IMG/VR virus record: IMGVR_UViG_3300034993_000102
Span: 1 to 44,141 of that record
Direction: 5' to 3' (one strand)
Length of the DNA: 44,141 nucleotides
Source of the DNA: a virus
Lineage: Duplodnaviria > Caudoviricetes
The notes below the pieces were generated by a model. The model was not told the DNA's origin. It did not search any database and saw nothing but the letters and a program-made list of their open reading frames with translations. Below, in pieces: positions 1 to 9,494 of this stretch. The position numbers and the translations under genes were made by a program. Numbering within the stretch: position 1 is the first letter of the stretch; the number at the start of each line of letters is the position of its first letter.

Positions 1-11
1 GGTTCCATGCT
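1..11. repeat. Left copy of 11-nt terminal direct repeat GGTTCCATGCT (candidate cos cohesive end)
   Basis: Identical to 44131-44141; lies just upstream of the small terminase gene. Confidence 0.85.
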
Positions 12-136
12 GCCTCAAACTGGCTGGTGCCAGAAAATCGAGTGAATCCGTAATATGAAACTATCAACTTTTTCACTGTATTTTTCTATCTTCTCGCTCG
101 CAGTCAGCATCGCTGCGCTGATTTTCTGTTTGATCT

Positions 137-577
137 ATGGAGAATAAATCCAAGACCACATTCGGAAAAGCGATCCGGTGGACGATCCTTTCCGCTGCGC
201 AGGAGTTCGGGCTCGACGAGAAGACACTCAACGGCCGCATTCGCCGCTCGGGTGAGTTGGCGGGGAAGGATGGCTGCTACTCGACGGCACAAATCTGCGG
301 AGCCGTCTTCGGCGACCTGGAGCAAGAGCGCACGCGCCTGGTAAAGACGCAGGCCGACATTGAGGAGCTATGCCTCGCGGAGAAGCGAAACGATCTCGTG
401 CCCGTGCAAGCCGCGTTCCTTGTCGTGAGTAACATGTTTTTCGCGGTGCGGCGAATTATCCTGATGAGTGAGTTGACGAAAGAGAAACAGGACGCGGCGC
501 TGAAGGAGCTCGAAGGCTTGAAGCCGAGCGACTTCGTGACGGAAGAAATCCTGAACGCGAACAAGGAGGGGAAGTGA
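137..577 (+). CDS. terS: Terminase small subunit (Nu1-like)
   Basis: N-terminal HTH-like segment plus ERTRLVKTQADIEEL...LV coiled-coil motif typical of Nu1-like proteins; directly before GpA terminase. Confidence 0.8.
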   Translation: MENKSKTTFGKAIRWTILSAAQEFGLDEKTLNGRIRRSGELAGKDGCYSTAQICGAVFGDLEQERTRLVKTQADIEELCLAEKRNDLVPVQAAFLVVSNMFFAVRRIILMSELTKEKQDAALKELEGLKPSDFVTEEILNANKEGK

Positions 578-744
578 CCACCGAAGAGCTACTGGAGTTT
601 TGCAACTTCTGCGACATCGGGACGGTTGTGGAAAAAATTCCGTTTGCCACCGAGGCCGACGGCATTCGCTGGATCAAGGAGGGCGGCGCGGTTGTCAGAT
701 TCGTGCGCGTGGACGACGGGTGGATGAAAGTCGAAATTCCATGA
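574..744 (+). CDS. Hypothetical protein, 56 aa (MTTEELLEFCNFC...)
   Basis: GTGA overlap with terS stop and ATGA overlap with terL start; read directly from sequence. Confidence 0.6.
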   Translation: MTTEELLEFCNFCDIGTVVEKIPFATEADGIRWIKEGGAVVRFVRVDDGWMKVEIP

Positions 745-2693
745 ACGCCGCTTGGAACCATTGCCCCGCGCTTGAATCGCTTTGCTCGCGGCTGCTCACG
801 ACGTGCTTCGCGGCACCGGAGCGGCTGAAGAAAAGCGAGTGGGCGGAACGCTATCGCAGGATGCCGGCCAGTTCCGCGCAGCGCGGCGGTCGGTTCAGCT
901 TCGCGGCGGCGCCGTGGCAGCGCGAGGTGATGGACGCCGACGACGATCCGTCTGTGTCGTCCGTGGTTTGCATGTGGGCGTCACAGGTCACGGGCAAGAC
1001 CGAAACGTTTCTCAACATCCTCGGGGCGACCATCGACATTGACCCTTGCCCGATGCTGTGGGTGGAACCGAACGAGAAACCGCTGGGCGAAGCGTTCAGC
1101 AAGGAGCGGCTCGCCACGATGTTACGCGACACACCGCGGCTACGTGGCAAGGTGGCCGACCCGCGGCAGCGCGACAGCGGAAGCACAACGCTGTTCAAAG
1201 CATATCCTGGTGGAGACCTGGCCATCGTCGGGGCGAACGCGCCGAGCGGGCTTGCCGGCCGGCCGCGGCGGAAACTGTTCTTTAACGAAGTTGACCGCTT
1301 TCCGTTCTCGGCTGGCACAGAGGGCGACCCGATGGCGTTGGCATCGATGAGAACCGGGACGTTTTCCGACGCCATCGAATACAAGAACTCCACGCCGACG
1401 ATCAAAGGGCAGAGCCGCATCGAGCGCGAATTTGAGAAGAGCGACAAGCGGCACTGGTTCTGTCCGTGCCCGGTGTGCGCGCACTGGCAGGCGTTGGAGT
1501 GGGAAGCGTTTGACTTCGGGAAGTTTGGCCACGGCACGCCGGAAGATCCTAGAATCATTTGTAGCAGTTGTGGGTGCGCGTTGGATGACGCGCAGCGCCA
1601 GGCAATGATTCACGCCGGGGAGTGGAGGCCCACGTCACCGTTCCGCGGTGTGCGCGGCTATCGTTTGCCGGGCTGGTATTGCCTGTTCAAGCCGAAGCGC
1701 CGTTTCAAGAATCGCATGGTGCAGATGGTGGCGGAATTTCGCGAGGCGCTCGACGGCGGGAACGAGACGCACCGAGTTTGGCACAACACCGTTGCGGCCA
1801 AGACTTGGGAAAACCCCGCGGAGAAACCGCCCGCAGCCGAGACGCTGTTTGAGCGGCGCGAGAATTATCTGAGCCGGAACGACCGCGGGGAAATCACAGT
1901 GCCCGAGGGCGTGCTGGTGCTTACATGCGGCGGGGATCGGCAGGCCGACCGTGTGGAACTGGAGATCGTAGGTTGGGGCTTCGGTGAGGAGTCATGGGGT
2001 ATTGAGAACATTTTGATCGCAGGCGATCCCGAATTGCCGGAGACGTGGGAGCGCGTGGACGCTGCGCTTAACCGGCGCTACAACCATCCGTGCGGTTCGA
2101 CGCTGCCGGTTGCCGCGTGCCTGATTGACCGCGGCTTCAAGGGGAAGAGTGTTGACGACTTCACGAGGCCGCGGAACAGCCGATTCATTTTCTCGTGCTA
2201 CGGTTCGAGCACGCCCGGGCAACCCGTCGCGAGCGGTGTCACGCGGCAGGGCGCGCGGAGAACGCCCTGCGTGCGCGTTGGGACCGACACGGCGAAGGGC
2301 TTGATCTTCTCGCGGCTGAAGCTGCTCCGCGCCGGGCCGCGTTACATGCACTTTCCAGATGGAAACTACGGCTACGATCTGATTTGGTTCGAGCAACTCG
2401 TGAGCGAGCACGAAGAAACGACGTGGGAGAACGGGAAACTGAACCGCAAATGGGTGAAGACTCACGCGCGCAATGAGGCGCTCGACAAGCGGGTTTATTC
2501 CCATGCGGCGTTGGAAGTCTTGCGGCCAAATTTCGAGACGTGTTTCAAAACGCTGCAAGCGAACAAACCAGCGGCGAAGGAATATGTGCTGAAGGCGGAC
2601 GCGCCCGCACCGACAGAGCCAACCAAACCCGCGCCCGTTATTCGACCACCGCGGAGGACGGAGGCGCTGCGGAGGCCGAGCAAATTTCGGTAA
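741..2693 (+). CDS. terL: Terminase large subunit, lambda GpA family
   Basis: SEWAERYR, PWQRE, SQVTGKTE Walker A, NEVDRF, STPT, CPCPVC..CSSC zinc motif, RNEALD; start moved to ATG 741, coupled to upstream stop. Confidence 0.95.
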   Translation: MNAAWNHCPALESLCSRLLTTCFAAPERLKKSEWAERYRRMPASSAQRGGRFSFAAAPWQREVMDADDDPSVSSVVCMWASQVTGKTETFLNILGATIDIDPCPMLWVEPNEKPLGEAFSKERLATMLRDTPRLRGKVADPRQRDSGSTTLFKAYPGGDLAIVGANAPSGLAGRPRRKLFFNEVDRFPFSAGTEGDPMALASMRTGTFSDAIEYKNSTPTIKGQSRIEREFEKSDKRHWFCPCPVCAHWQALEWEAFDFGKFGHGTPEDPRIICSSCGCALDDAQRQAMIHAGEWRPTSPFRGVRGYRLPGWYCLFKPKRRFKNRMVQMVAEFREALDGGNETHRVWHNTVAAKTWENPAEKPPAAETLFERRENYLSRNDRGEITVPEGVLVLTCGGDRQADRVELEIVGWGFGEESWGIENILIAGDPELPETWERVDAALNRRYNHPCGSTLPVAACLIDRGFKGKSVDDFTRPRNSRFIFSCYGSSTPGQPVASGVTRQGARRTPCVRVGTDTAKGLIFSRLKLLRAGPRYMHFPDGNYGYDLIWFEQLVSEHEETTWENGKLNRKWVKTHARNEALDKRVYSHAALEVLRPNFETCFKTLQANKPAAKEYVLKADAPAPTEPTKPAPVIRPPRRTEALRRPSKFR

Positions 2694-2706
2694 ACAACAA
2701 ACCAAA

Positions 2707-2943
2707 ATGAAAAACCAAACACAACCAATGTTGGACAGAGATATGTTCAACAAAATCAACACACAACTCGAGGCCGCGGTTTCCCTTCCGTTTAGGGAAT
2801 GCCCGTTTTGCGGGGAAGACAAATTAGAAGTGCATGACATAGCGGATTTGGGCTTCTACGTGACATGCGAAACCTGTTCGTCTGATGGCCCAACCGGCGA
2901 AAGCAAGCTGGAAGCAATCATGCTCTGGAACAGCAGGAAATAA
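2707..2943 (+). CDS. Lar-like restriction alleviation zinc-finger protein
   Basis: CPFCG...VTCETC...GP...EAIMLWNSR pattern. Confidence 0.75.
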   Translation: MKNQTQPMLDRDMFNKINTQLEAAVSLPFRECPFCGEDKLEVHDIADLGFYVTCETCSSDGPTGESKLEAIMLWNSRK

Positions 2944-2946
2944 TCT

Positions 2947-3141
2947 ATGAGAAAAACCACAATAGGCGTCCCTGTAACCTCGCCGGAAATCTTGCGTAGC
3001 CTGCTCTATCGAAGGAAATTCGACTTCGCCATTGTGAATCCAGCCACGGGGGAAATCCTGGCGGACGTACATCAGACAATCACGGTTTCAATCATCAACA
3101 GGATCATCTCCTCAAAATCGGTAGTCTTTGAACATCTATGA
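2947..3141 (+). CDS. Hypothetical protein
   Basis: ORF in tightly packed array. Confidence 0.5.
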   Translation: MRKTTIGVPVTSPEILRSLLYRRKFDFAIVNPATGEILADVHQTITVSIINRIISSKSVVFEHL

Positions 3142-3323
3142 AAAACCAAACACAAAAGCAGTTGAAAGAAATCTCGCGCAAGTTAGAGACGGCTCAGAAA
3201 TTGCGGCTTATGGCTGACGGTTGCTATAGCTGGAAACTGAGCCGCGGACTACTCCTTCGCGCGCTAGACATAGTTGACGCCGCCATAGGTGAGTGCGTGC
3301 GCGCTGAATCCCCGTTGACATGA
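3138..3323 (+). CDS. Hypothetical protein
   Basis: ATGA-coupled at both ends. Confidence 0.55.
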   Translation: MKNQTQKQLKEISRKLETAQKLRLMADGCYSWKLSRGLLLRALDIVDAAIGECVRAESPLT

Positions 3324-3520
3324 GCAGGCAGGAGGACATCGAGGGTGTGGCCGCAGTTATGGGCGTGGAGGCGAAAACCGCAACAGCCCTGGCCGCCGCC
3401 TATCTTCGGCAGCAACTTGCGAAACTTCCTCCGACTCCGCAGGGTGAAAAATACCATAGCAAAGAAAAATCAATTCTGGCGTGGCTGATAGTCCTGCTAG
3501 AGGAATCCCCGTTGACATAG
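3320..3520 (+). CDS. Hypothetical protein
   Basis: ATGA-coupled to upstream ORF. Confidence 0.55.
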   Translation: MSRQEDIEGVAAVMGVEAKTATALAAAYLRQQLAKLPPTPQGEKYHSKEKSILAWLIVLLEESPLT

Positions 3521-3540
3521 GAACCTAACGGCGGCAAGTT
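3512..3540 (+). promoter_or_regulatory. Candidate sigma70-type promoter TTGACA-N17-CAAGTT
   Basis: Perfect -35, 17-nt spacer, weak -10, 11 nt before ATG 3552. Confidence 0.45.
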
Positions 3541-3551
3541 GCGGCCAAGAT

Positions 3552-4115
3552 ATGGCCGCGAGCATTCCGACGCGAGAGCCGACGCAGTTCCGCGCCGGTG
3601 ATACAGTCCAATGGACGCAGGGCAACTACACCGACTATTCCGCCGCCGATGGCTGGATTCTTTCCTATTACATCGTCGGGGCCGGCGGCACACACACGGC
3701 AACAGCCACGACGGATAGTGTCACTGGCTACGCCGTAACACTCACAGCCGCAGAAACAGCATTGCTCGGCCCCGGCGACTACGCCATTGAGGGCAAAGTC
3801 GCTCTCAGCGGTGAAGTGTTCACCGTCTATTCCTCGCGGTTGACGGTTCTAACCAACTTCACCACGGCGGGAATTGAAACCGAGACGCGCAGCTATTGGC
3901 GGCGCGTGCGCGACGCGCTGCGGAACCTATTGGAAGCCACCGCGCCAGACCCGACGCAGGCCTATACGATCTTCGGCGAGCGCGCCGTCACGCTGATGAC
4001 TATTGACGAGCGACTGAAGCTCCTGGCCGTTGCGGAATCCAACGTGCAGGCCGAGGAGTCCGCGGTGGGCGGTGGCAACAAAAACATCTATATGCGATTC
4101 AGGAATCCACGATGA
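3552..4115 (+). CDS. Head-tail joining protein (gpW-like position)
   Basis: Between terL and portal; AGDT..W N-terminus and YTI..R C-terminal segment seen in lambda-like head completion proteins. Confidence 0.6.
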   Translation: MAASIPTREPTQFRAGDTVQWTQGNYTDYSAADGWILSYYIVGAGGTHTATATTDSVTGYAVTLTAAETALLGPGDYAIEGKVALSGEVFTVYSSRLTVLTNFTTAGIETETRSYWRRVRDALRNLLEATAPDPTQAYTIFGERAVTLMTIDERLKLLAVAESNVQAEESAVGGGNKNIYMRFRNPR

Positions 4116-4245
4116 AAAAAGAATTCTACTTAGACGTGACCGAGGAATTAAAAAAAGACATTGCGGATGGGTTTGAGATAGCCAAGCGCGTTGCACTTGT
4201 TTGCTATATGTTCCGCGGCCAAAAAGGGAAAAAGCGCAAGAAGAA

Positions 4246-4434
4246 ATGAAAGCACTTTCACAAATCCAACCTTTCGAGAACGCAAAGCGCGGCGAAACCG
4301 TCAGGGCTGAGTTGCCGTTTGCAACCGATTTGAATTGCCGAGAGGTCAAATTCTGCAAGCCCTACGGCTCAGACAAACCCGAGGAGATCATTCACCTGCG
4401 GCGCATTGCTGGTGTTGGTTGGAAACGTTTATGA
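4246..4434 (+). CDS. Hypothetical protein
   Basis: ATGA-coupled to a short upstream ORF (4112-4249) and to the portal. Confidence 0.45.
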   Translation: MKALSQIQPFENAKRGETVRAELPFATDLNCREVKFCKPYGSDKPEEIIHLRRIAGVGWKRL

Positions 4435-6023
4435 AATCACTTTCACAAAGCGGCATCATGCGTCGCATTGCCGCCCGAATTGGATTCGTTCCAAAACGCG
4501 AATCAGAAACGCAGCGCCGGAATTTCGGCGCTGCCGCGGTCAACCGGCTCACGCAGCCGTGGAGCGCGTTCGGAGACATGTCGCTCGACTCCGTGCTACA
4601 CACGCAGCTTCCGATTCTACGCCAGCGCGCGCGCGACCTGCGGAAGAACAACGAGTATTTCCAGAAATACCTTTCGATGTTGAAAAGCAACGTCGTGGGT
4701 GAGTGCGGGATGACGCTGAAGAACAAGGCGTGCGACCCGCACACCTTCGCCGACGGTGAACTCATTCCCGGGAAACCCGACAAGCTGGCCAACGCCTTGA
4801 TCGAAGAGGCGTTTTGGGAGTGGGGCAAGAAAGAGAATTGCACAACGGCCAAGAATCTTTCATGGACGCAGGTTCAGCACCTTAACATTGACGAACTCGG
4901 GACGTGCGGAGAAACGCTCTGGCGCATGGTGCGCGGGCCGGAGGCCGGGAACAAATTCAACTTCGCGCTGCAACCGATTCAGATTGATCGGCTTTACCAG
5001 TGCGCGAACTACAACCTCGCCAACGGCAACGTGGTTCGGATGGGCGTAGAGACGAACGCCGCGGGCCGCGTGGTGGCGTATTGGATCACGGACTCGGACC
5101 CGACGGATACGCTTTTCAGCCGCGGCAGCGCCTACCGGGCAAGGCGCTACGACGCGAAGGAGTTCATTCACCCCTATCTCATGCGCGAGATCGGGCAGAC
5201 GCGCGGGTTTCCTTGGGGGGCCGCTTCGATGCTGCGCCTCAAGATGCTCGCGGACTACGACGAAGCGGAAATCACGGGCAGTGTGGCCGCGTCGCGCAAG
5301 ATGGCGTTTCTGACCAAAGGAACGAACGCGCCGGGCGAATACGGCGGCGAGGGCGCGAACGGTGGCGGAAAATACATGGACGCCGAGCCCGGGATGGTGG
5401 AGGAGCTGCCTTACGGGATGGATGTCAAGGTTGTGGATTGGAATCATCCAAACTCAGTCTATGGAGACTTCACCAACGCCTGCTTGCGTGGCATCGCCTG
5501 CGGCCTGTCCGTGAGTTACCCGAACCTGGCCAACGATTACGCCAGTGTGAACTTTTCAAGCGGGCGCATGAGCCGGCAGGAGGAGATCGAGACGTGGAAG
5601 TTCTTGCAGACGTGCGTGAGCAGCGATTTCAACGAGCCAGTTTTCTCGGCGTGGCTGGAAATGGCTCTGCTCTCTGGAGTCTGCAACTACGTGCTGCCGA
5701 GCGGGCGGGAAATCGTTCTCCCGGCCAGCAAGTTCCAGAAGTTCAATCAACCGAGGTTCTATGGGCGCCGTTGGCAATGGCTCGACCCCACAAAAGAAGT
5801 TGCCGCCATCGCGGAGCAGTTGCGGCTGAAGCTCACGACGCGAACGCGCATCTGTGCGGACCTCGGGGAGGAGTTCCTGGAAATCCTCGACGAACTGGAA
5901 GCTGAGAAGATCGAAGCCGAGGCGCGCGGGATCAAACTTCCCGAGGACGTGGATGAAACGGAAGCCCTCGCCGCGGCCGAGGCGGCAGAGCACGCAGCAG
6001 CGGCGCCGGCCGCAGTGGAATGA
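4431..6023 (+). CDS. Portal protein, lambda family
   Basis: LRQRARDL.KNN, GQTRGFP, VNFSSGR, WLDPTKEV motifs; start placed at ATG 4431. Confidence 0.95.
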   Translation: MKSLSQSGIMRRIAARIGFVPKRESETQRRNFGAAAVNRLTQPWSAFGDMSLDSVLHTQLPILRQRARDLRKNNEYFQKYLSMLKSNVVGECGMTLKNKACDPHTFADGELIPGKPDKLANALIEEAFWEWGKKENCTTAKNLSWTQVQHLNIDELGTCGETLWRMVRGPEAGNKFNFALQPIQIDRLYQCANYNLANGNVVRMGVETNAAGRVVAYWITDSDPTDTLFSRGSAYRARRYDAKEFIHPYLMREIGQTRGFPWGAASMLRLKMLADYDEAEITGSVAASRKMAFLTKGTNAPGEYGGEGANGGGKYMDAEPGMVEELPYGMDVKVVDWNHPNSVYGDFTNACLRGIACGLSVSYPNLANDYASVNFSSGRMSRQEEIETWKFLQTCVSSDFNEPVFSAWLEMALLSGVCNYVLPSGREIVLPASKFQKFNQPRFYGRRWQWLDPTKEVAAIAEQLRLKLTTRTRICADLGEEFLEILDELEAEKIEAEARGIKLPEDVDETEALAAAEAAEHAAAAPAAVE

Positions 6024-6169
6024 AATCAAGATTGATCGATCCGGTTAAAGAGGTACGAGAAATGTTCGAGGCTGAGATCCGGCGCAAGATCGTGGAGCAA
6101 AACAAAGAAGCAGGAGAACTCACTAAGGAATTTCTTAGGGTGCTGGACGAGATCGAAAACCCATTATGA
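6020..6169 (+). CDS. Hypothetical protein, 49 aa
   Basis: ATGA-coupled to portal stop; read from sequence. Confidence 0.5.
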   Translation: MKSRLIDPVKEVREMFEAEIRRKIVEQNKEAGELTKEFLRVLDEIENPL

Positions 6170-6333
6170 GCGAACCTCGCCGGCCACATAACAGGGCAAG
6201 GCTAAACCCTGACATAGTGCGCAAGATTAGAAGCTCGCCGCAGCCGGGAAAAATCTTCGCCATCGATCTACAAGTTAGCGAGGCCGCGATTAGTTATATC
6301 CGCAGCGGTCGTAGATGGGGATGGGTCAAATAG
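6166..6333 (+). CDS. Small HTH-like DNA-binding protein, 55 aa
   Basis: ARLNPDIVRKIR...VSEAAISYIRSGRRWGWV resembles the C-terminal HTH of phage HNH proteins; not in ORF track. Confidence 0.55.
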   Translation: MSEPRRPHNRARLNPDIVRKIRSSPQPGKIFAIDLQVSEAAISYIRSGRRWGWVK

Positions 6334-6375
6334 GTTTCAAGTTAAGAAGTTCCATTTCCCACCACATAGGTTTCG

Positions 6376-8274
6376 GTGATATGTGTTGCGCTAGTGGCAA
6401 AGAGCGCGCACGTCGAAACGAAAAGCCTGAGCACCGGGACTATGTTCCGGTCTGCGCAGCTTACCCGCGCCGGGCTAGACAAGGACAAGCGCACGATCAC
6501 CGTCCGGTTCTCGACCCAGACACCCGTCAAGCGATGGTTCGGCACTGAAGTACTGTCGCACGATGCCGGCGCGGTGAAGCTCGAACGATTCAACGCCGGG
6601 GCCGCGGTGCTAATGGAGCACGACACCCACATGCGTTGCGGCATCACCGAGAGCGCCACGATCACCTCGGACGGAAACGGCGAGGCAGTTGTTAGGTTCT
6701 CGCGAAACAAGGCCGGAGACGAGTGCATGGCCGAAGTAGAAGACGGCACGCTCCGTTATGTGAGCGTCGGTTATGTCGTCAACCGTTTCGAGTCCAACGA
6801 GGACGAGACGGAATACCGCGCGATCGAATGGGAGCCGCTGGAAGTCAGCTTTGTAGGAATCCCCGCCGACCCGAACGCCAAAATTTTACGGAACGCAGCA
6901 GAACAAACACACGAGTCAAAAGTTATGAAACGATCCATTCTCCTCGACGCTATCGCCACTGAAGGCGGCGCTCCAAACATCGTCACGAAAGAGGATTTCT
7001 CCCGTCAGCTCGACGAGGTGAAAGAAATTTCCGCGCTGGTCCTGCAATACCAGCGCACGCACCCGAAGATCGTCGAGATTGCCGAGAAGGCGATCCGTGA
7101 CGGCACCGGGATCCGCAAATTCCAATCGGACATCATTCCGATTGTGAGCGCGGCACCGACGGCCGGCGCCTCCGAGATTGTTGACCGCCAGGCGCCCACG
7201 CGCGGCAACGGCAGCATCGGCGATCGTTTCGTTGCGAGTGAATCCTACCGTAACGCCAGCCGCGCGACCCGCGGCAACGGCAAGGGCGGCATCGGCCGCG
7301 GCAATCACGTCAGCTTCGAGATCCCGGACCGTTATTCGTTCCGGCACGACATGGTTGGAATGCAGACGCGCGTCAATTTCGGCCTCGGCACGTCGGACGT
7401 TTCCACTTCGACGGACATCGGCGGCACGGGCGGCACGGGCGTTGACATCATGCGCCAGTTCAACCTGCTCGGGCAGCAGCCGCTCAATATCGCGGACCTG
7501 TTCAGCCAGGGGACGACCTCGGGTGACGTGGTTCGATATGTGCGCGAGTTGAGTTACACGCAGGCCGCGGCACGCGTCGCGGAAGCCGCGGCCAAACCGC
7601 AGGCGCAACTCGACGTGGGCGTCATCAACGCCACGGTCGAGAAAACGGCCGTTTACCTCGACGTGACCGAGGAAATGATGAACGACCAGGAGCAGGCCAG
7701 CTCCTACATCAATGGCCGGCTCTCCTTCATGGTGCAATCCAAAGAAGAAGACTACCTGCTCAACGGAACGGGTTCATCTCAGATTTACGGGGTGCTCGGC
7801 ACGACCGGCATTCAGACGATTTCTGGAGCGACGAACACCATCGACAACTTGCTCCGCGCCAAGGCTTACGTCGAAGGCGCGAACGGCGCCGGCTTCACGT
7901 CCCCGGACGCCTACGTGATGAACCCGCTCGACTATCTGAACGTGCGGCTCACGAAGGACAGCAATGGCCAATACCTCTTCGGCGGCCCTGGTTTCGGTCC
8001 TTACGGCGTCGGCGGTTTCTCGAATGTCGGCATCTTGTGGGGCTTGCCTGTCGTTACGAACACACAGATCGCACAGGGTACGGCGCTCGTTGGCGCATTC
8101 AAGCAGGGCGGGCAGATTTTCCGCCGGCAAGGTCTGGTCATCAAGACCACGGACAGCGACGGCTCGAAGTTCCTCTCGAACATAATCACGGTGCTAGCGG
8201 AATCCCGCTTCGCCCTCGCGATCTATCAGCCGAACCGTTTTTGCAGCATTACGGGCATTCCGCCGGTGAGCTAA
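6376..8274 (+). CDS. Prohead protease fused to HK97-fold major capsid protein
   Basis: N-terminal LMEHD, VSVGY, EVSFVGIPADP protease motifs; C-terminal VAEAAAKP, LLNGTG, VMNP.D, KDSNGQYL, LWGLPVV, LAESR capsid motifs; exact start uncertain (6376 or 6394). Confidence 0.93.
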   Translation: MICVALVAKSAHVETKSLSTGTMFRSAQLTRAGLDKDKRTITVRFSTQTPVKRWFGTEVLSHDAGAVKLERFNAGAAVLMEHDTHMRCGITESATITSDGNGEAVVRFSRNKAGDECMAEVEDGTLRYVSVGYVVNRFESNEDETEYRAIEWEPLEVSFVGIPADPNAKILRNAAEQTHESKVMKRSILLDAIATEGGAPNIVTKEDFSRQLDEVKEISALVLQYQRTHPKIVEIAEKAIRDGTGIRKFQSDIIPIVSAAPTAGASEIVDRQAPTRGNGSIGDRFVASESYRNASRATRGNGKGGIGRGNHVSFEIPDRYSFRHDMVGMQTRVNFGLGTSDVSTSTDIGGTGGTGVDIMRQFNLLGQQPLNIADLFSQGTTSGDVVRYVRELSYTQAAARVAEAAAKPQAQLDVGVINATVEKTAVYLDVTEEMMNDQEQASSYINGRLSFMVQSKEEDYLLNGTGSSQIYGVLGTTGIQTISGATNTIDNLLRAKAYVEGANGAGFTSPDAYVMNPLDYLNVRLTKDSNGQYLFGGPGFGPYGVGGFSNVGILWGLPVVTNTQIAQGTALVGAFKQGGQIFRRQGLVIKTTDSDGSKFLSNIITVLAESRFALAIYQPNRFCSITGIPPVS

Positions 8275-8310
8275 TCGAACGTTGAAAACAGACCAGAAAG
8301 AACACGAAAC

Positions 8311-8817
8311 ATGAAAACCTTTTTTGCAATCCTCGCAGCGTTCGGGCTGGCGGTCAGCGCACACGCACAGTTCGGTCAGGGGCCAATCATCGCCAACGCG
8401 GTGACAAACAACCCGCTGAACAGCGTCACTGCGCCTTCAAACCCATTCATCTCGCTTGGCGTGAGCAACAACGCCGCCGTGTATAACTCCAACATCGTGG
8501 CCGGCGCGCGGCGCGCCATTCAAATCGGGCCAAACGGGTTCGGTGTCATCATCAACGCCGCGGGGCCGCTCGCCACGGCGATCACGAATATGTCCGTGAT
8601 CTTTGAACTTTCGGCCAACGGCACCATCTGGCACACGAACACGATTGCCATTAGCTATTCGCCTATGGGCGTCAACTACGCTCCTTTCTTCACGAACATC
8701 ACGCCGGCTGTCTTTCCGAACGTCGGCAACGTGTCCTCGGTTAGGTTACTGCGCATCAACAACACGAATTCCGAGGCCGTGATCTTCACGAACATTTTGG
8801 TCACTACGCGCTTGTGA
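8311..8817 (+). CDS. Signal-peptide-bearing Asn/Thr-rich protein at the head-decoration position
   Basis: MKTFFAILAAFGLAVSAHA|Q classic Sec signal with AxA site; directly after capsid gene. Confidence 0.75.
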   Translation: MKTFFAILAAFGLAVSAHAQFGQGPIIANAVTNNPLNSVTAPSNPFISLGVSNNAAVYNSNIVAGARRAIQIGPNGFGVIINAAGPLATAITNMSVIFELSANGTIWHTNTIAISYSPMGVNYAPFFTNITPAVFPNVGNVSSVRLLRINNTNSEAVIFTNILVTTRL

Positions 8818-9065
8818 TTCGACGCGATGGCAAACGGCTATTCGCCACCGAGCGGCTCTATCTGAACCGGGAGCAGAACCAGGCGGTGCGAGAGGGAGAT
8901 CCGAAAGCAGCGTTCCTGCTGGCCGGCACTGGCGCGGAGATCCCGACGCGGTTCTCGCATTTGTTTGAAGTCGTTCCGCCAGTGGAACCAACGCCGGCGC
9001 CAGTGGTCGGCACGGAACCGGAGCGGAGAAGCACGAGGCCCGCGCGAGCGCGCCACACGCGGTAG
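8814..9065 (+). CDS. Hypothetical head-associated protein
   Basis: GTGA-coupled; small protein after capsid module. Confidence 0.6.
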   Translation: MIRRDGKRLFATERLYLNREQNQAVREGDPKAAFLLAGTGAEIPTRFSHLFEVVPPVEPTPAPVVGTEPERRSTRPARARHTR

Positions 9066-9088
9066 AAAATTTTGGTTGGTTGGTTGGG

Positions 9089-9127
9089 CGCGCGACGGGT
9101 TTTTGAAGTTTCCCGTCGCGCGTTTTT
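9089..9127 (+). terminator. Intrinsic terminator
   Basis: 11-bp stem CGCGCGACGGG/CCCGTCGCGCG followed by TTTTT, at end of capsid block. Confidence 0.8.
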
Positions 9128-9131
9128 AGTT

Positions 9132-9494
9132 ATGAGCCTGAAAGCTATCGACAGACTTTGCTTGCGAGGAATCGTGGGCCGCGAGCCGGTCACGTTCGAG
9201 ATTTCGGACGTTGAATATACTGGCACCTGCGGTGCGCGGGAGATGATGCAGGAGCTAACCGACGGAGGGGTATTCAATGGCCAGGAATTTGCGATCCTTG
9301 TCCCTACTGAAAACATCGCCGACATGGATTCTAAGCCGTCCCAACGCCAGGTCATTGCCGTGTGCGTGGACAGCGACGGCATTCCATGTGTCGCTGACGA
9401 AGCGGTTGCCACTCGCGCGCAATGCCGCATCACGCGGATCGTGCCGTCACTCGCTGGCATAACCTACACGCTGCAAACAGCGCAACGAGGATGA
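9132..9494 (+). CDS. Putative head closure/neck protein
   Basis: Size, beta-rich composition and synteny. Confidence 0.5.
   Translation: MSLKAIDRLCLRGIVGREPVTFEISDVEYTGTCGAREMMQELTDGGVFNGQEFAILVPTENIADMDSKPSQRQVIAVCVDSDGIPCVADEAVATRAQCRITRIVPSLAGITYTLQTAQRG

Noticed and set aside
600-740. terL start at 600
   Set aside because: A separate coupled ORF occupies 574-744 and ATG 741 fits the ATGA coupling pattern
9074-9088. G-quadruplex from GGTTGGTTGGTTGGG
   Set aside because: Only a two-tier potential and no supporting context
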